From Promethearchaeota archaeon (GTDB lineage: Archaea; Asgardarchaeota; Lokiarchaeia; Sigyniarchaeales; SOKP01), in contig JALGVJ010000017.1 of assembly GCA_029838195.1 (NCBI GenBank), positions 96,001 through 160,000 on the forward strand: a DNA stretch of 64,000 nt, written 5' to 3'. Shown here in pieces: positions 1-10,103 of this stretch. The number at the start of each line of letters is the position of its first letter. The first letter of the stretch is position 1. The notes below the pieces were generated by a model. The model ran no database searches, was not told where the DNA came from, and saw only the letters and a program-made list of their open reading frames with translations. A program made the position numbers and the translations under genes.

Positions 1-83
1 ATTATGCTCCAAATTCTCCTGCTAGTAGAGCTATTCGGGAAATTTACACCAAATTAAAAGTAATATTGTGGAATAGCTCTTAG
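1..83 (+). CDS. C-terminal end of a gene entering from the window edge, probably a MinD/ParA-superfamily P-loop ATPase
   Basis: Frame from nt 3 reads YAPNSPASRAIREIYTKLKVILWNSS*; 'YAPxSPAS.AI' is typical of MinD/ParA C-termini. Confidence 0.5.
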   Translation, partial: YAPNSPASRAIREIYTKLKVILWNSS

Positions 84-118
84 AAAACACTTCCTTTATT
101 TTCTTTTTCTAATTTATT

Positions 119-1555
119 CTACTTTACGTGATTTGTACTTTCCTTCCTTGCTTTGGTTATCACGTGCTCCAAATCTTTTTTAATATCGGGATCTAAATAA
201 GGTTGTTCATATTGCTCTAAAAAGAGGGATTTCATTTCTGCGCATTCTTTTTCCACATCGAATCCACCTTTTTCTTTCCACGCGGGATAATCTTCTCTAT
301 TTAAGAGGTGTGGACTCCACAATTCTTTCCGATAATTTTTAAGTGTATGCATGGTTTCCAGGAAAGACCCTCTTGGACCTACTTTTTTAATCACATCGAG
401 AGCAAGGGAATTTTCATTAATTATCAAATCGCGGTCAAGGTTTTTCACGTAGGAAATTATTTCAGATTGTAAAAGGAGTATATCGAGGGAGGCTGCTTGA
501 TCCATGCCGCAGATTCCAAGATGGCCAAAAATATCCGCTTTGGCTAATAGACCCATGGAGAGAGTGATTCCAATTTCCAATCCAGCTTGGGCATCTACTC
601 TTTTAGAATCCGTTAGTCCCGCATTGATATAAACGGGAAATCCGTAGAATTTTCCCATTTCTGTCATTGCTACACTAAAAAGAGCTTGTTCGGGCCCTCC
701 AAATATGATTTGAACGGAACGCATGTCAAATGCATGGCAAATTCCCCCATAACAAATGGGCAAACCCGGTTTGATGAGTTGAGTGATGCAAATTCCCGAT
801 AAGATCTCAGCATTCTCTTGAGCTAAAGTTCCTGCAATTGTGCACGGAGCGGACATGCCCATTTGAGCCATGGGGCCTACTTGTACAGGCATGTTTAATT
901 TAGCAGTTTCAAATAACAAGTCAATCCCATTAAAAGGAAAGCTAAGCGGGCTCACGGGTTCGAATAATGGCTGAAATAATGGATATTTTCTTGCTTTTTC
1001 CTCATCACCTCGAAGCGTGATTAAAAAGTCCATTAAAAATTTGGTGGAAAGACGGTCAAAAAACCAAAAAGTAATGGGTTTTTCTGTATATTGAATCATT
1101 TCATTCGCAACCTCTATAGCTCTCCATTGAATGGGAATTTCTTGAGGATCAGCCATGGCACCCGGAATCGTGATTTGGTCCAAGATTTCTCCAAATTTAG
1201 CTGCTATGATGACATCGTTGAGAGTAGCATATCTTCTATCCTCGCCTATATTATCAAGCCAAAATGCTTGTCCGCTAGAAGTATTAAAATTTCTCCTTCC
1301 CGTTCCAAATTCGGCTTTTTTAGATAGATTTCGCCCATGCAGAAAAAATTTTTTTCCCGCTTTTGAAATTAACTCTTTGACAATTGCGGGTGGAATTTTC
1401 ACTAAGCGTTCCTTATTATCAACGATCGCACCAATATCAGCAAATCGAGATAACACTTTTTCATGTGGAACGTGAATGCCTATTCTTTCCAAAATCAATA
1501 AAGATGCTTCATGAATTTTTTCAATGTCATTTTTGGACAATAGAGAAATGTTCAT
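119..1555 (-). CDS. Trimethylamine methyltransferase (MttB superfamily), non-pyrrolysine type
   Basis: 478 aa; 'IEKIHEASLLILERIGI' N-terminus, 'SPL', 'APCTIAGTLAQENAEILSG', 'TDSKRVDAQAGLE'; no in-frame TAG. Confidence 0.9.
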   Translation of the reverse strand: MNISLLSKNDIEKIHEASLLILERIGIHVPHEKVLSRFADIGAIVDNKERLVKIPPAIVKELISKAGKKFFLHGRNLSKKAEFGTGRRNFNTSSGQAFWLDNIGEDRRYATLNDVIIAAKFGEILDQITIPGAMADPQEIPIQWRAIEVANEMIQYTEKPITFWFFDRLSTKFLMDFLITLRGDEEKARKYPLFQPLFEPVSPLSFPFNGIDLLFETAKLNMPVQVGPMAQMGMSAPCTIAGTLAQENAEILSGICITQLIKPGLPICYGGICHAFDMRSVQIIFGGPEQALFSVAMTEMGKFYGFPVYINAGLTDSKRVDAQAGLEIGITLSMGLLAKADIFGHLGICGMDQAASLDILLLQSEIISYVKNLDRDLIINENSLALDVIKKVGPRGSFLETMHTLKNYRKELWSPHLLNREDYPAWKEKGGFDVEKECAEMKSLFLEQYEQPYLDPDIKKDLEHVITKARKESTNHVK

Positions 1556-1845
1556 TCAAATCCCTCAAACTAACGGTTTTATTCCATAATTTAATCACAA
1601 ATTTAATTTTTTTAATGAAAAGAATTTCAAAAAATAGAATAATTAATAGATTATTTTAGTAAAGAATAAATTTTTCTTCTTTTCTATCATGATTTATAAT
1701 CTTATCATTTTAAAAGTATCTATCAATACCATTCATGGGAAAGTGAAGAAAATAATTGCAATGTGATATTTTATCTCGTATAGAATGAATAATGAAAATT
1801 ATGGTAGTAAAATAGAGGTGAATCATCATTCCCGTTACGAATTTC

Positions 1846-2316
1846 ATGGATCTCTACAAATATTTACCTAAAACGAATTGTAAAAAGTGCGGACAACCCA
1901 CGTGCATGGCCTTCGCTTTAGCCCTGCTTCAGGGGAAGGTAAAAGTAGATGATTGTACACCTTTAGTTGAAGAGGCAAAATATAAAAAGCAATATGATAT
2001 TTTAAAAGAGTTAATCGGTAAAGAAGAAGGACAAGAAAAGCAGTTACATATAGAAATCGATGAAGACAAGTGTGACGGCTGTGGAATTTGCGTAACGGCT
2101 TGTCCCGTGAACGCTCGTTATTGTCCACCCACTTTAAGCGGAAAGGCTCCTGATTATCCTCCGGATAAACATCAATTGTTCGAAGTAAAAAATGGTAAAT
2201 GTCAATTGTTAAATTTGGAACATTGTAGGCGTTTAGAGGCGGAAGGACGTGAAAGGGAATGTCACGTGTGCGAAATTTATTGTCCACGAGAAGCCATAAA
2301 AATTCTTTATATTTGA
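1846..2316 (+). CDS. Fe-S protein: N-terminal (Fe-S)-binding domain plus 4Fe-4S ferredoxin domain (FwdH/FwdG-like)
   Basis: LPKTNCKKCGQPTCMAFA...C motif, CDGCGICVTACP and ECHVCEIYCP; first gene of the fwd-like operon. Confidence 0.8.
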   Translation: MDLYKYLPKTNCKKCGQPTCMAFALALLQGKVKVDDCTPLVEEAKYKKQYDILKELIGKEEGQEKQLHIEIDEDKCDGCGICVTACPVNARYCPPTLSGKAPDYPPDKHQLFEVKNGKCQLLNLEHCRRLEAEGRERECHVCEIYCPREAIKILYI

Positions 2317-2360
2317 ATTTTTTTTTAATTAGAATGAATGGATTAATTTAAGGTATAAAA

Positions 2361-3668
2361 ATGAAGTATGTAGTTTGTTCTGGTTGTTCTTTACTCTGTT
2401 CTGATATTATAGTTAGAACCGGTGGTTTATTCATTGATGAGGTTTATGGGGCATGTGAACGAGGAAAAGAACGATTTGATTCAGTAACAGCAAAAAATCG
2501 AATTACACATCCTCAGATTAGAAAGAATGGAAAATTAGAAAAGGCAACTTGGGAAGAGGCTTTAAATAAAACGATTGAAATGATTCGCACTTCAAAAAAA
2601 CCCCTTCTTTATGGATTTTCCACGGTTACATGTGAGGCACAGCTAAAAGGAATGGAATTAGCTCAAAAAATAAACGGGTTTATTGATTCTAATTCAAGTA
2701 TTTGTCTAGGGAAGACTCTTAAAATTGCTCGTGATACAGGACTAACTTTTACGACTTTATCCGAGGCAATTAATAAAGCGGATTTATTGGTTTTTTGGGG
2801 ATTTAATCCGGCAGAATCCATCCCTCGTCTTTTGAATAAAGTAGTTTTTTCACGAGGTAGATTTAGAATGACGGGGAGAGAAATTAAAACGGTTGTCATC
2901 ATTGACCCCATAAAGATAGCTTCATTTGGAATTTTCCAAATAAGGGATATTAGCTTGCAAATCAAGCCCAACGCAGATGCAGAATTAATTAATACCATTA
3001 AAGCAGCTTTAGAAACCGGAGGTGAATTGCCACTTGAGGGTGCTGCGGGAATAGATAACGCCGAGCTCAAAAGGTTTTATCTCAATTTGACGGAAGCAGA
3101 AAATGGTATTATATTTATCGGGCAAGGCCTCTTAAATCCATTGGCAAAAATCAATTTGATTGAGGAATTGTTGAAACTAGTTAACATGTTAAATAAGAAC
3201 CAAAAAAGGGGAAGAATTTCTATAATTCCTGTAGGAGGGCATTATAACATGTTAGGATTTAACCATGTAGCATTGTCGTTTTCGGGCAAATCTCATTCGA
3301 TTAAATTTCAAGATAATAAAGCAACCGATGAGGAACCCACCCTTATTTCCACGATTCAAAAAGGAGATTTTGATTTCTCCTTGATTGTTGGAACAGACCC
3401 TATCTCTCATCTCCCTCATTCTCTTAGCTCTAAAATGGCAGCAAAACCTTTAGTAGTAATTGACAATAAATTTTCAGCAACGACTCATCTTGCCGATATT
3501 GTTCTTCCAAGTGCCATATCCGGCGTCGAGTCTGCCGGACTCGCATTCCGATTAGATAATGTTCCTATTGAATTAAAAAAAATAGTAAATCCTCCTTCTA
3601 ATGTAAGAAGTGATGTGGAAATATTGACAGATATTTTAACTAGATTAACTACTCCAGGAGGAAGGTGA
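2361..3668 (+). CDS. fwdB: Formylmethanofuran dehydrogenase subunit B-like (divergent)
   Basis: CSGCSLLCSDI...AC FeS motif, 'NKADLLVFWGFNPAES.PR', 'GHYN', 'GTDP..H', 'GVES.G.AFRLDNVP'. Confidence 0.85.
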   Translation: MKYVVCSGCSLLCSDIIVRTGGLFIDEVYGACERGKERFDSVTAKNRITHPQIRKNGKLEKATWEEALNKTIEMIRTSKKPLLYGFSTVTCEAQLKGMELAQKINGFIDSNSSICLGKTLKIARDTGLTFTTLSEAINKADLLVFWGFNPAESIPRLLNKVVFSRGRFRMTGREIKTVVIIDPIKIASFGIFQIRDISLQIKPNADAELINTIKAALETGGELPLEGAAGIDNAELKRFYLNLTEAENGIIFIGQGLLNPLAKINLIEELLKLVNMLNKNQKRGRISIIPVGGHYNMLGFNHVALSFSGKSHSIKFQDNKATDEEPTLISTIQKGDFDFSLIVGTDPISHLPHSLSSKMAAKPLVVIDNKFSATTHLADIVLPSAISGVESAGLAFRLDNVPIELKKIVNPPSNVRSDVEILTDILTRLTTPGGR

Positions 3669-3675
3669 ATCTTTC

Positions 3676-4062
3676 ATGGAAATGCTCGTAAATACAGCAA
3701 GATTAATCAGGCATGATCAAGCAACGGAGCATGCTTTTGGAGATTACGAAACATTAAAAAAAAAAGTAGCTATTGCATTCATGAATCCAAATACCATAAA
3801 GCAATTAAACGTGAAAAACCATTCTAACGTAAAAATTATTAGTGAACATGGCTCCGTCGTGCTAACAGCGAAAGAAGAGGATTCCATTCCTGAAGGAATC
3901 GTTACTATTCCCGTTTCCCTATGGGCTAATCAAATAACAGGAATTATTGAAGACGAGTTAATATATAAAAATCTTAAAGCTAAAATTGAGCCTACCACGG
4001 AACCCGTACCATCATTTGAAGATTTAATAAGTAAATTAAAAGGAGCGAAAGAAGAGGTGTAA
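3676..4062 (+). CDS. fwdD: Formylmethanofuran dehydrogenase subunit D-like (molybdopterin dinucleotide-binding domain)
   Basis: 128 aa; 'NTAR', 'MNP', 'SEHGSVV', 'IPEGIV.IP..LWAN'; lies between fwdB and fwdA. Confidence 0.8.
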   Translation: MEMLVNTARLIRHDQATEHAFGDYETLKKKVAIAFMNPNTIKQLNVKNHSNVKIISEHGSVVLTAKEEDSIPEGIVTIPVSLWANQITGIIEDELIYKNLKAKIEPTTEPVPSFEDLISKLKGAKEEV

Positions 4063-4067
4063 ATAAC

Positions 4068-5735
4068 TTGATACGACTGGAAATCAAGAATGGTCTCGTG
4101 TTTGATCCCATGAATAACATCGAAGGAGAAATAAAAGATATTCTCATCGAGAATGGAAAAATCGTAGAAAAATTTTCTGCTGAAACTGATGTGAAAATTC
4201 TAAATGCTAAGGGAAAAACGATCATTCCTTCTGCCGTTGAAATCCATTGTCATGTAGCATCGCAGCAAACAAATTGGACCCGGTTATTAGGCTCCAACAA
4301 CCCGAGTTTCATGAAGTATTGGCAAGGATTAACTCTCAAAAAAATTGCTCGTGATTACTTAAAACATGGCTACACTTTTATCACGGAAGCAAATGTTTTT
4401 CCTTCTTTAGCCAAGCAAACGTTATTTAATTTCCAACATATACCCGTTTTGGATAAAGCTTTTCTGTTAAATGTGAGCAATTTATGGCCCTTAGAGCTGG
4501 AATTTCAAAAAGGAAAAATTGAAGAGATGATTATTTTCCTCTCAGATCTTTTAGAAAAAACACGTGGATTTGGATTTAAGGCGTATAATCCGTTCGAAAA
4601 TGAAAATTGGAATTTTAATTTTCTACGAGAAGATTTATTGAAACAAGGACGATTATATAATTTCCGCCCAATAGAGGTTTATCTGAATCTTTTACAAGCA
4701 AATGAAAGACTGAACTTGCCTCATTCTCTTCACGTGCACGTGGAAGGATATGAAACTCTAACGGGCAAAAAAAATCTTAATGTACTGCTTGATCATGTTA
4801 AATCCTTAGCATTAGAGCGGAAAAATAATGAAAGTAATGAGCTTGCACGAGATCACCTTTTACATATTGCTCATGGCGCTCTTTACAATGTAGACGGCGA
4901 TAACTCTAATTTAATAAATGCCGTAAATCAATCTCAGGATTTAGATTTAGATTTGGGAATGATAGGTTTTAATGAAATTAATCCGGTAATGACTTCGGAT
5001 AGGCGATTAATAAACCTACTTGAAAAAGAAAACCAGATGCCCGTGATTAAATCTGCGGTTGAAGAAGAGGGAGATCAATTTTGTACTTTAAGAACTTTTT
5101 CAAAAACAACTGAACTTCACTCGATCTTCTTCGTGAATGCCATTGATTTAGCTCTCAACATTCAAAACAAATGGCAAGTTCAATTTTCTGTTAATTATCC
5201 TAATCACGGGGATGTTAATGATATTCCTACTTTAATAGGTATTCTCATGAGTGCGGATGTAAGAAAAAAATTCTTAGAAAAACTTCATCCAATTCTTAGC
5301 GAGGAAAAATTTAGCAATATACATGATAAAGAATTTAATTTCAATGAAATCGTTATCCTTACCCGCGCAAGCCCTGCAAAATCTCTTGGAATTGGAAAGA
5401 TAAAAGGAAATCTTGGTGTTGGAGCGGATGGAGATGTAAACATCTTAGATATTGATGTAAATGAACTCAATCTTCCAAAAGAGATTAATATTTTACAAAA
5501 AGCACTTTCAAGCGTGCATCAAGTAATCAAAGCAGGCATGATTGTTAAAGAGCAAGATAATTTTAATTTAACTCCCCAAGGACACATTTTTCACGCTCAT
5601 GGCGATCGCATAGAACTCAAGGATACGGAATTATTAATGAAGGCAAAAAAAGATTATTATAAGAAATATTCTTCCATTTTTTATGAATCTTTAACTTGTA
5701 CTTTAAATCCAAAGATACTAAGAAAAATCGGTTAG
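4068..5735 (+). CDS. fwdA: Formylmethanofuran dehydrogenase subunit A-like amidohydrolase (divergent)
   Basis: 'IKNGLVFDPMNNIEGE', HxH (HCH), 'GFKAYNP', 'LPHSLHVH', 'TRASPAKSLG..KGNLGVGADGDV'. Confidence 0.85.
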   Translation: MIRLEIKNGLVFDPMNNIEGEIKDILIENGKIVEKFSAETDVKILNAKGKTIIPSAVEIHCHVASQQTNWTRLLGSNNPSFMKYWQGLTLKKIARDYLKHGYTFITEANVFPSLAKQTLFNFQHIPVLDKAFLLNVSNLWPLELEFQKGKIEEMIIFLSDLLEKTRGFGFKAYNPFENENWNFNFLREDLLKQGRLYNFRPIEVYLNLLQANERLNLPHSLHVHVEGYETLTGKKNLNVLLDHVKSLALERKNNESNELARDHLLHIAHGALYNVDGDNSNLINAVNQSQDLDLDLGMIGFNEINPVMTSDRRLINLLEKENQMPVIKSAVEEEGDQFCTLRTFSKTTELHSIFFVNAIDLALNIQNKWQVQFSVNYPNHGDVNDIPTLIGILMSADVRKKFLEKLHPILSEEKFSNIHDKEFNFNEIVILTRASPAKSLGIGKIKGNLGVGADGDVNILDIDVNELNLPKEINILQKALSSVHQVIKAGMIVKEQDNFNLTPQGHIFHAHGDRIELKDTELLMKAKKDYYKKYSSIFYESLTCTLNPKILRKIG

Positions 5736-5739
5736 TCAT

Positions 5740-5910
5740 GTTTCCTTCTTTTTTTTTAAATTTTTCTCTTAATTCAAGAGCTTTTTTTAAAAAACACTCA
5801 ATTCCGTGAATAATTTCATTAATCATGGACTTTATTAGTTTAATAATTTTTTATTCTAATAAAATTGAAAAATGCTTCGAAGATTTACCTTGAGAAAAAA
5901 ATTTTCGAAA
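5740..5910. repeat. ~170-bp direct repeat, copy 1 (copy 2 at 7595-7770)
   Basis: Shared blocks such as 'cttaattcaagagctttttttaaaaaacactcaattccgtgaataattt' and 'cttcgaagatttacc.tgagaaaaaaa'. Confidence 0.9.
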
Positions 5911-6172
5911 CTATAAAATATGCCATGTCAAATTCAAATCCTTTTTTTCTTAACAAGGTTGAAATTGCCGTTACCTGGGAATGATCTCTTCCCGTGATTA
6001 GCACTAAAGGAACATTAGTGGTAAAAGAAACGTGATTGATGCTGGAATTAAATGCATTGAAAAAATTAGAGAGCGAAACAACATTATCCTCATCGAATTC
6101 GATAGAAAAATCATTTAAAGGATTATAATAAAGGGTGTTATCAATATCCAAAATAATTAATTTTTCTTTCAT
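5885..6172 (-). pseudogene. HAD-superfamily phosphatase, 3'-truncated by the repeat
   Basis: 'ILDIDNTL' (motif I) and 'LITGR' (motif II); the frame runs into repeat copy 1 and stops before motifs III/IV. Confidence 0.7.
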
Positions 6173-6436
6173 GGCAATATCCTCGAAATTTTATTGAAAT
6201 ATATGATTTAAATGAAAAAGTTCCCTCTTATAAATAATTTGGGAGAGGTAAATTAATAATTTCATCCATGGTACTAAAATTACAATATCTATAGCTTGAT
6301 TCTTCCACCTGAAGAAACTATACATAATCTCTTATTATTCCGGAGAAGTAGTTATCCTTGAAAATGGAGAATTCTGCGCTAAATTACCTACCTTGAAATT
6401 TTTAAAGAATGATAAAAATGCAAAAACACGCATGTT

Positions 6437-6859
6437 TTACTCCTTGATGATGGGAAAAATAGCATTACCCGGACAATTTTTAAAACACTTCAAACACTTG
6501 AAGCATTTCGACAAGGATTTAGCTCTAAACTTCACGTATTCTTGCCCCTTTTCATCTCTTTCAAGAAAAAATAATCCCTGGAAGCAAAAATCATCTTTTA
6601 AACATTTATAACATTTTAGACATCTCTCCTCATCGATGGTAAATCCTTCTAGCTTGCCTTCTTCAATAGAAATTACCTCAATGGCGCCATGTTCGCAAAC
6701 ATCAACACATTTCAAACATCCTTCACATTTCTCATAATTAACGTATCGCATTGAATTCTTAAAAAAAATTGCTTTAGGAGAACAGCTATACATGCAACGC
6801 TGACATCTCACGCATAAATTTGGATTAATGCTTATGGGAAATAGTTTTTCTGCTTTCAT
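6437..6859 (-). CDS. Polyferredoxin with four 4Fe-4S motifs
   Basis: CVRCQRCMYSC, CEGCLKCVDVC, CLKCYKC....FC, CFKCLKCFKNCP. Confidence 0.88.
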   Translation of the reverse strand: MKAEKLFPISINPNLCVRCQRCMYSCSPKAIFFKNSMRYVNYEKCEGCLKCVDVCEHGAIEVISIEEGKLEGFTIDEERCLKCYKCLKDDFCFQGLFFLERDEKGQEYVKFRAKSLSKCFKCLKCFKNCPGNAIFPIIKE

Positions 6860-7149
6860 GATGAATAATCCCTTGTTTAAAAGATTATACTTCTAATAAA
6901 AAGAATTAAGTAAATAAGAAAATTTTCTCTCTCATAAAATGTTATTTTTTATTTTTTTTATATATTTGAAACAAATTTATTATATTTTATTAGTACTTAA
7001 TAGTTATAAGTATTAAAATTAGAGATAAAAATTAAAAAAAATTTTATTTTTATTGAGTTATTTTTAAGATTTTCAATTAATTCTTTGGATCTTTTTGGGT
7101 GTTAAATCATAAAATTGCTGAAAAATTAATAAACCGAGAATCATTACTA

Positions 7150-7690
7150 TCATGGATATTACTGCTAAATGAGCGTGAATGCCCCATTCTATCAGAAGTG
7201 TCTTCGCGAGTATATTTTTTGCGAAAATAGCCAAATCCATAAAATCTTTCAAAATTTTTCTTTTTCTAATAATAAAAGGTGTTTATAATTACATTTCCAT
7301 CATGAAGATATCTAAAACCTCCGGCATTTTAGTTTATCTCGGGATAATAATCATTCAAGAATTTTGGATTTCCCTCGTCTTGCCTAACACGTAAATATCC
7401 AAAATTTGATGCCACTCCTACTATTCGATCATTTTCTATTAGGAACATGTGCTCATTAGGTATCGAAATTCATTCATTCACGGGTGAGATGGCTTTAGAA
7501 TCTTCAAATTGATTGCAAATATATCAATATCCCGGTAATCAAAATTTATCTTTAATCCATCTTCCAAAATAATCTGAACCATAATCATAATCAGGTTTCC
7601 TTCTTTTTTTTAAAATTTTCTTCTTAATTCAAGAGCTTTTTTTAAAAAACACTCAATTCCGTGAATAATTTTATTAATCATGGACTTCAT
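7150..7690 (-). pseudogene. Degraded 5' fragment of a large glycoside hydrolase/phosphorylase (GH94/GH36-like)
   Basis: Manual minus-strand translation: YGSDYFGRWIKDKF*LPGY*YICNQ, then IENDRIVGVASNFGYLRVRQDEGNPKFLNDY, then FERFYGFGYFRK, with stops and frameshifts; family from recall. Confidence 0.5.
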
Positions 7691-7770
7691 TACTTTTTTA
7701 ATAATACTTTTATTCGAATAAAATTGAAAAATACTTCGAAGATTTACCATGAGAAAAAAATTTTCGGAAA
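7595..7770. repeat. ~170-bp direct repeat, copy 2
   Basis: Covers the GH-pseudogene 5' end, the divergent intergenic region and the first codons of the BI-1 ORF. Confidence 0.9.
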
Positions 7771-8465
7771 TAAGAGAGAATTTCAGCTCCAGAACTAATA
7801 AAACCATGAATCGTGTTCTTCTAGGACTATTTTGGTCATTAGGGTGGATGGCAATAACCACATATGGCCTTGGCAAAATTTTAATTGGCTCTTGGCTTCC
7901 CGCTTATTCTCCCGTTTTTAAAGATATTTTTATTATTAATTGGTGGATTCCTATTTTGATCTTATTCCCCATCATCCTCGTTCTGGGTTTTGCGTGTCAT
8001 TTTTCTACTTCTACACATCCCATTGTTCAGATTATCCTACTAACGCTCTACTCCATTTTCAATGGCATGTTCATTAGCCCCATAACCGCCCTTGCCATGA
8101 CTTTAGGAATAAATATCGCAGTAGCATTAGGATTAACGGCAGGCATCTCTCTGATTGCCGGATTTATTGGATGGATAAAAAAAGACATGTCTTCTTGGAA
8201 AAATTGGCTATTGGGCATTTTAATTTGCGGAATTATTGCTTCCTTAATAAATCTTTTCATTCCCACCACCGGCTTTACTCTCCTCGTTTCTATTCTGGTA
8301 ATTATCATTTTTATTCCTCTAATCATGTATGATATCAATCAGATTAAATATAATTTAGAAGAAGATAAATGGATTCGTGGTGTCATTGAATTATTCCTCG
8401 ATTTCGTGAATATTTTCATTCGCATTCTTTATATTTTAATATTATTGGCACTCGGGGAAGATTGA
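7749..8465 (+). CDS. Bax inhibitor-1/YccA (TMBIM) family membrane protein
   Basis: ~7 TM; 'IMYDINQI' and 'LFLDFVNIF' di-Asp motifs. Confidence 0.88.
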   Translation: MRKKFSEIRENFSSRTNKTMNRVLLGLFWSLGWMAITTYGLGKILIGSWLPAYSPVFKDIFIINWWIPILILFPIILVLGFACHFSTSTHPIVQIILLTLYSIFNGMFISPITALAMTLGINIAVALGLTAGISLIAGFIGWIKKDMSSWKNWLLGILICGIIASLINLFIPTTGFTLLVSILVIIIFIPLIMYDINQIKYNLEEDKWIRGVIELFLDFVNIFIRILYILILLALGED

Positions 8466-8721
8466 TAATGCTCGGTGATATGGATTTCTATTAATGAGAG
8501 AATTATTTTTACATTTGATTCCTATCTTGATCTTACACCCTCTTTTTTTTTTATAAAGATTTTCTCAATATTCCATGACTGAAAAATTAAAAAGTTTAAA
8601 TCGTGGAAGATATTCTTAAAATATAAAAAATTAATCGTTATTTCTATTTTTAGTGCAAAAACTAAATTATCCTTCTTTAAATTTAAATAAAAGATTAATA
8701 AGTAAACGTGATTAATGTCTC

Positions 8722-9765
8722 ATGGGAAAACAAATCGAAATTACTAAACCAAGCAATCTTTTTAATGAAGATGGCTCCCTCGTCCAAACAGGCTGGGCAC
8801 GAAAACCCATCTTAAAATATAATAAAGAATGGATCGGTAAATCCTGGTGGCGTATCAAAGAATGGGATCATTATTCTGTATTAAACAAAGAATTTGGTTT
8901 TCAACTCACCATCGGTGATATTGGGTATTTGACGCAAATGAGCTATGTTTGGCTTGACTTCAAGAATAAAATGAGAGATGGAAAGGGGATTTTTAAATTC
9001 TTTACGAAATCAAAGCTATTACCTCTGAGCTCCCTGGAAGATAGCGTTATCGAGTTTCCTACTAAAAAATTCAAGGCAAAAATTGTCAAGGAAAAAAATA
9101 AACGGATTTTATCCATTGAAGATCCTACGTTCATGAAGGGGAAGGGCATCGAAGGTGCAATTACTCTTGAAGATAAACCAGAATGGGATAATACCGTTGT
9201 TGTTACGGGATATAATGAAGATCCCCGTTTGTTTTATTACAACCATAAAATCAACATGATGCCCGCGACGGGCACGCTTAAAATTGGTAAAGACATCTAT
9301 GAATTCACGCCCGATAGATCTTTCGGATTAATGGATTGGGGGCGAGGAATATGGCCATACAGGACGCATTGGCTTTGGGGTTCAGCGTGTGGAATGGTGG
9401 AAGGCGTTCCTTTAGCTTTTAACATCGGTTATGGTTTTGGTGCCGTGGGAAGTGAGCCAAATGCAACCCACACGGAAAACATCGTATTTTACAACGGTAA
9501 AGCGCATAAATTAGATGAAGTAACGTTTCATCATGAAAATAGGGATCCTACAAAACCTTGGAAATTTACAAGCAATGATAACAGGTTTACCATGACGTTA
9601 GAACCTCTCCTTCCTCATCGGGAGAAAATAAATTTTGGAATTATTTATTCGGATTCTTCTTTACTTCATGGGTTGTATTCAGGGGAAATCATTCTAGATG
9701 ATGGAAAGAAAATAGTAGTGAAAGATTTATTGGGTCATGCGGAAGATATTTACTGGCGATGGTAA
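8722..9765 (+). CDS. DUF2804 family protein
   Basis: 'GWARKP', 'RIKEWDHY', 'FYYNHK', 'DWGRG.WPY.T.W.W', 'TEN', 'HKL'. Confidence 0.85.
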   Translation: MGKQIEITKPSNLFNEDGSLVQTGWARKPILKYNKEWIGKSWWRIKEWDHYSVLNKEFGFQLTIGDIGYLTQMSYVWLDFKNKMRDGKGIFKFFTKSKLLPLSSLEDSVIEFPTKKFKAKIVKEKNKRILSIEDPTFMKGKGIEGAITLEDKPEWDNTVVVTGYNEDPRLFYYNHKINMMPATGTLKIGKDIYEFTPDRSFGLMDWGRGIWPYRTHWLWGSACGMVEGVPLAFNIGYGFGAVGSEPNATHTENIVFYNGKAHKLDEVTFHHENRDPTKPWKFTSNDNRFTMTLEPLLPHREKINFGIIYSDSSLLHGLYSGEIILDDGKKIVVKDLLGHAEDIYWRW

Positions 9766-10103
9766 TCAAATATAATTTTTTTCGTTTTTTTTACTTATCA
9801 TATCTCATCTCGTTCGCTTACTTTTAATTAGTGTGTATGCCCTGCTCGAGTACCATTTTAATTCATGCTTCAAAATTGATTAAAAAGTACAATTTTTATT
9901 AATTTACATCCTTCTCTTTTTCTTTTTTATTGCTCGAATAATACTCCTTTTATAAATAAAAATAAAAATAAAAATAATTTTGATAACTAGTCGGCGATTG
10001 ATAAATTTATCAAGAACTCCTTGTAATCACTATTTTAAAAAATAAACTAAAACAAGAACTGAAAAAAAAGGAGATTCTTTAATAGTAATCTAATTTTTTT
10101 AGC

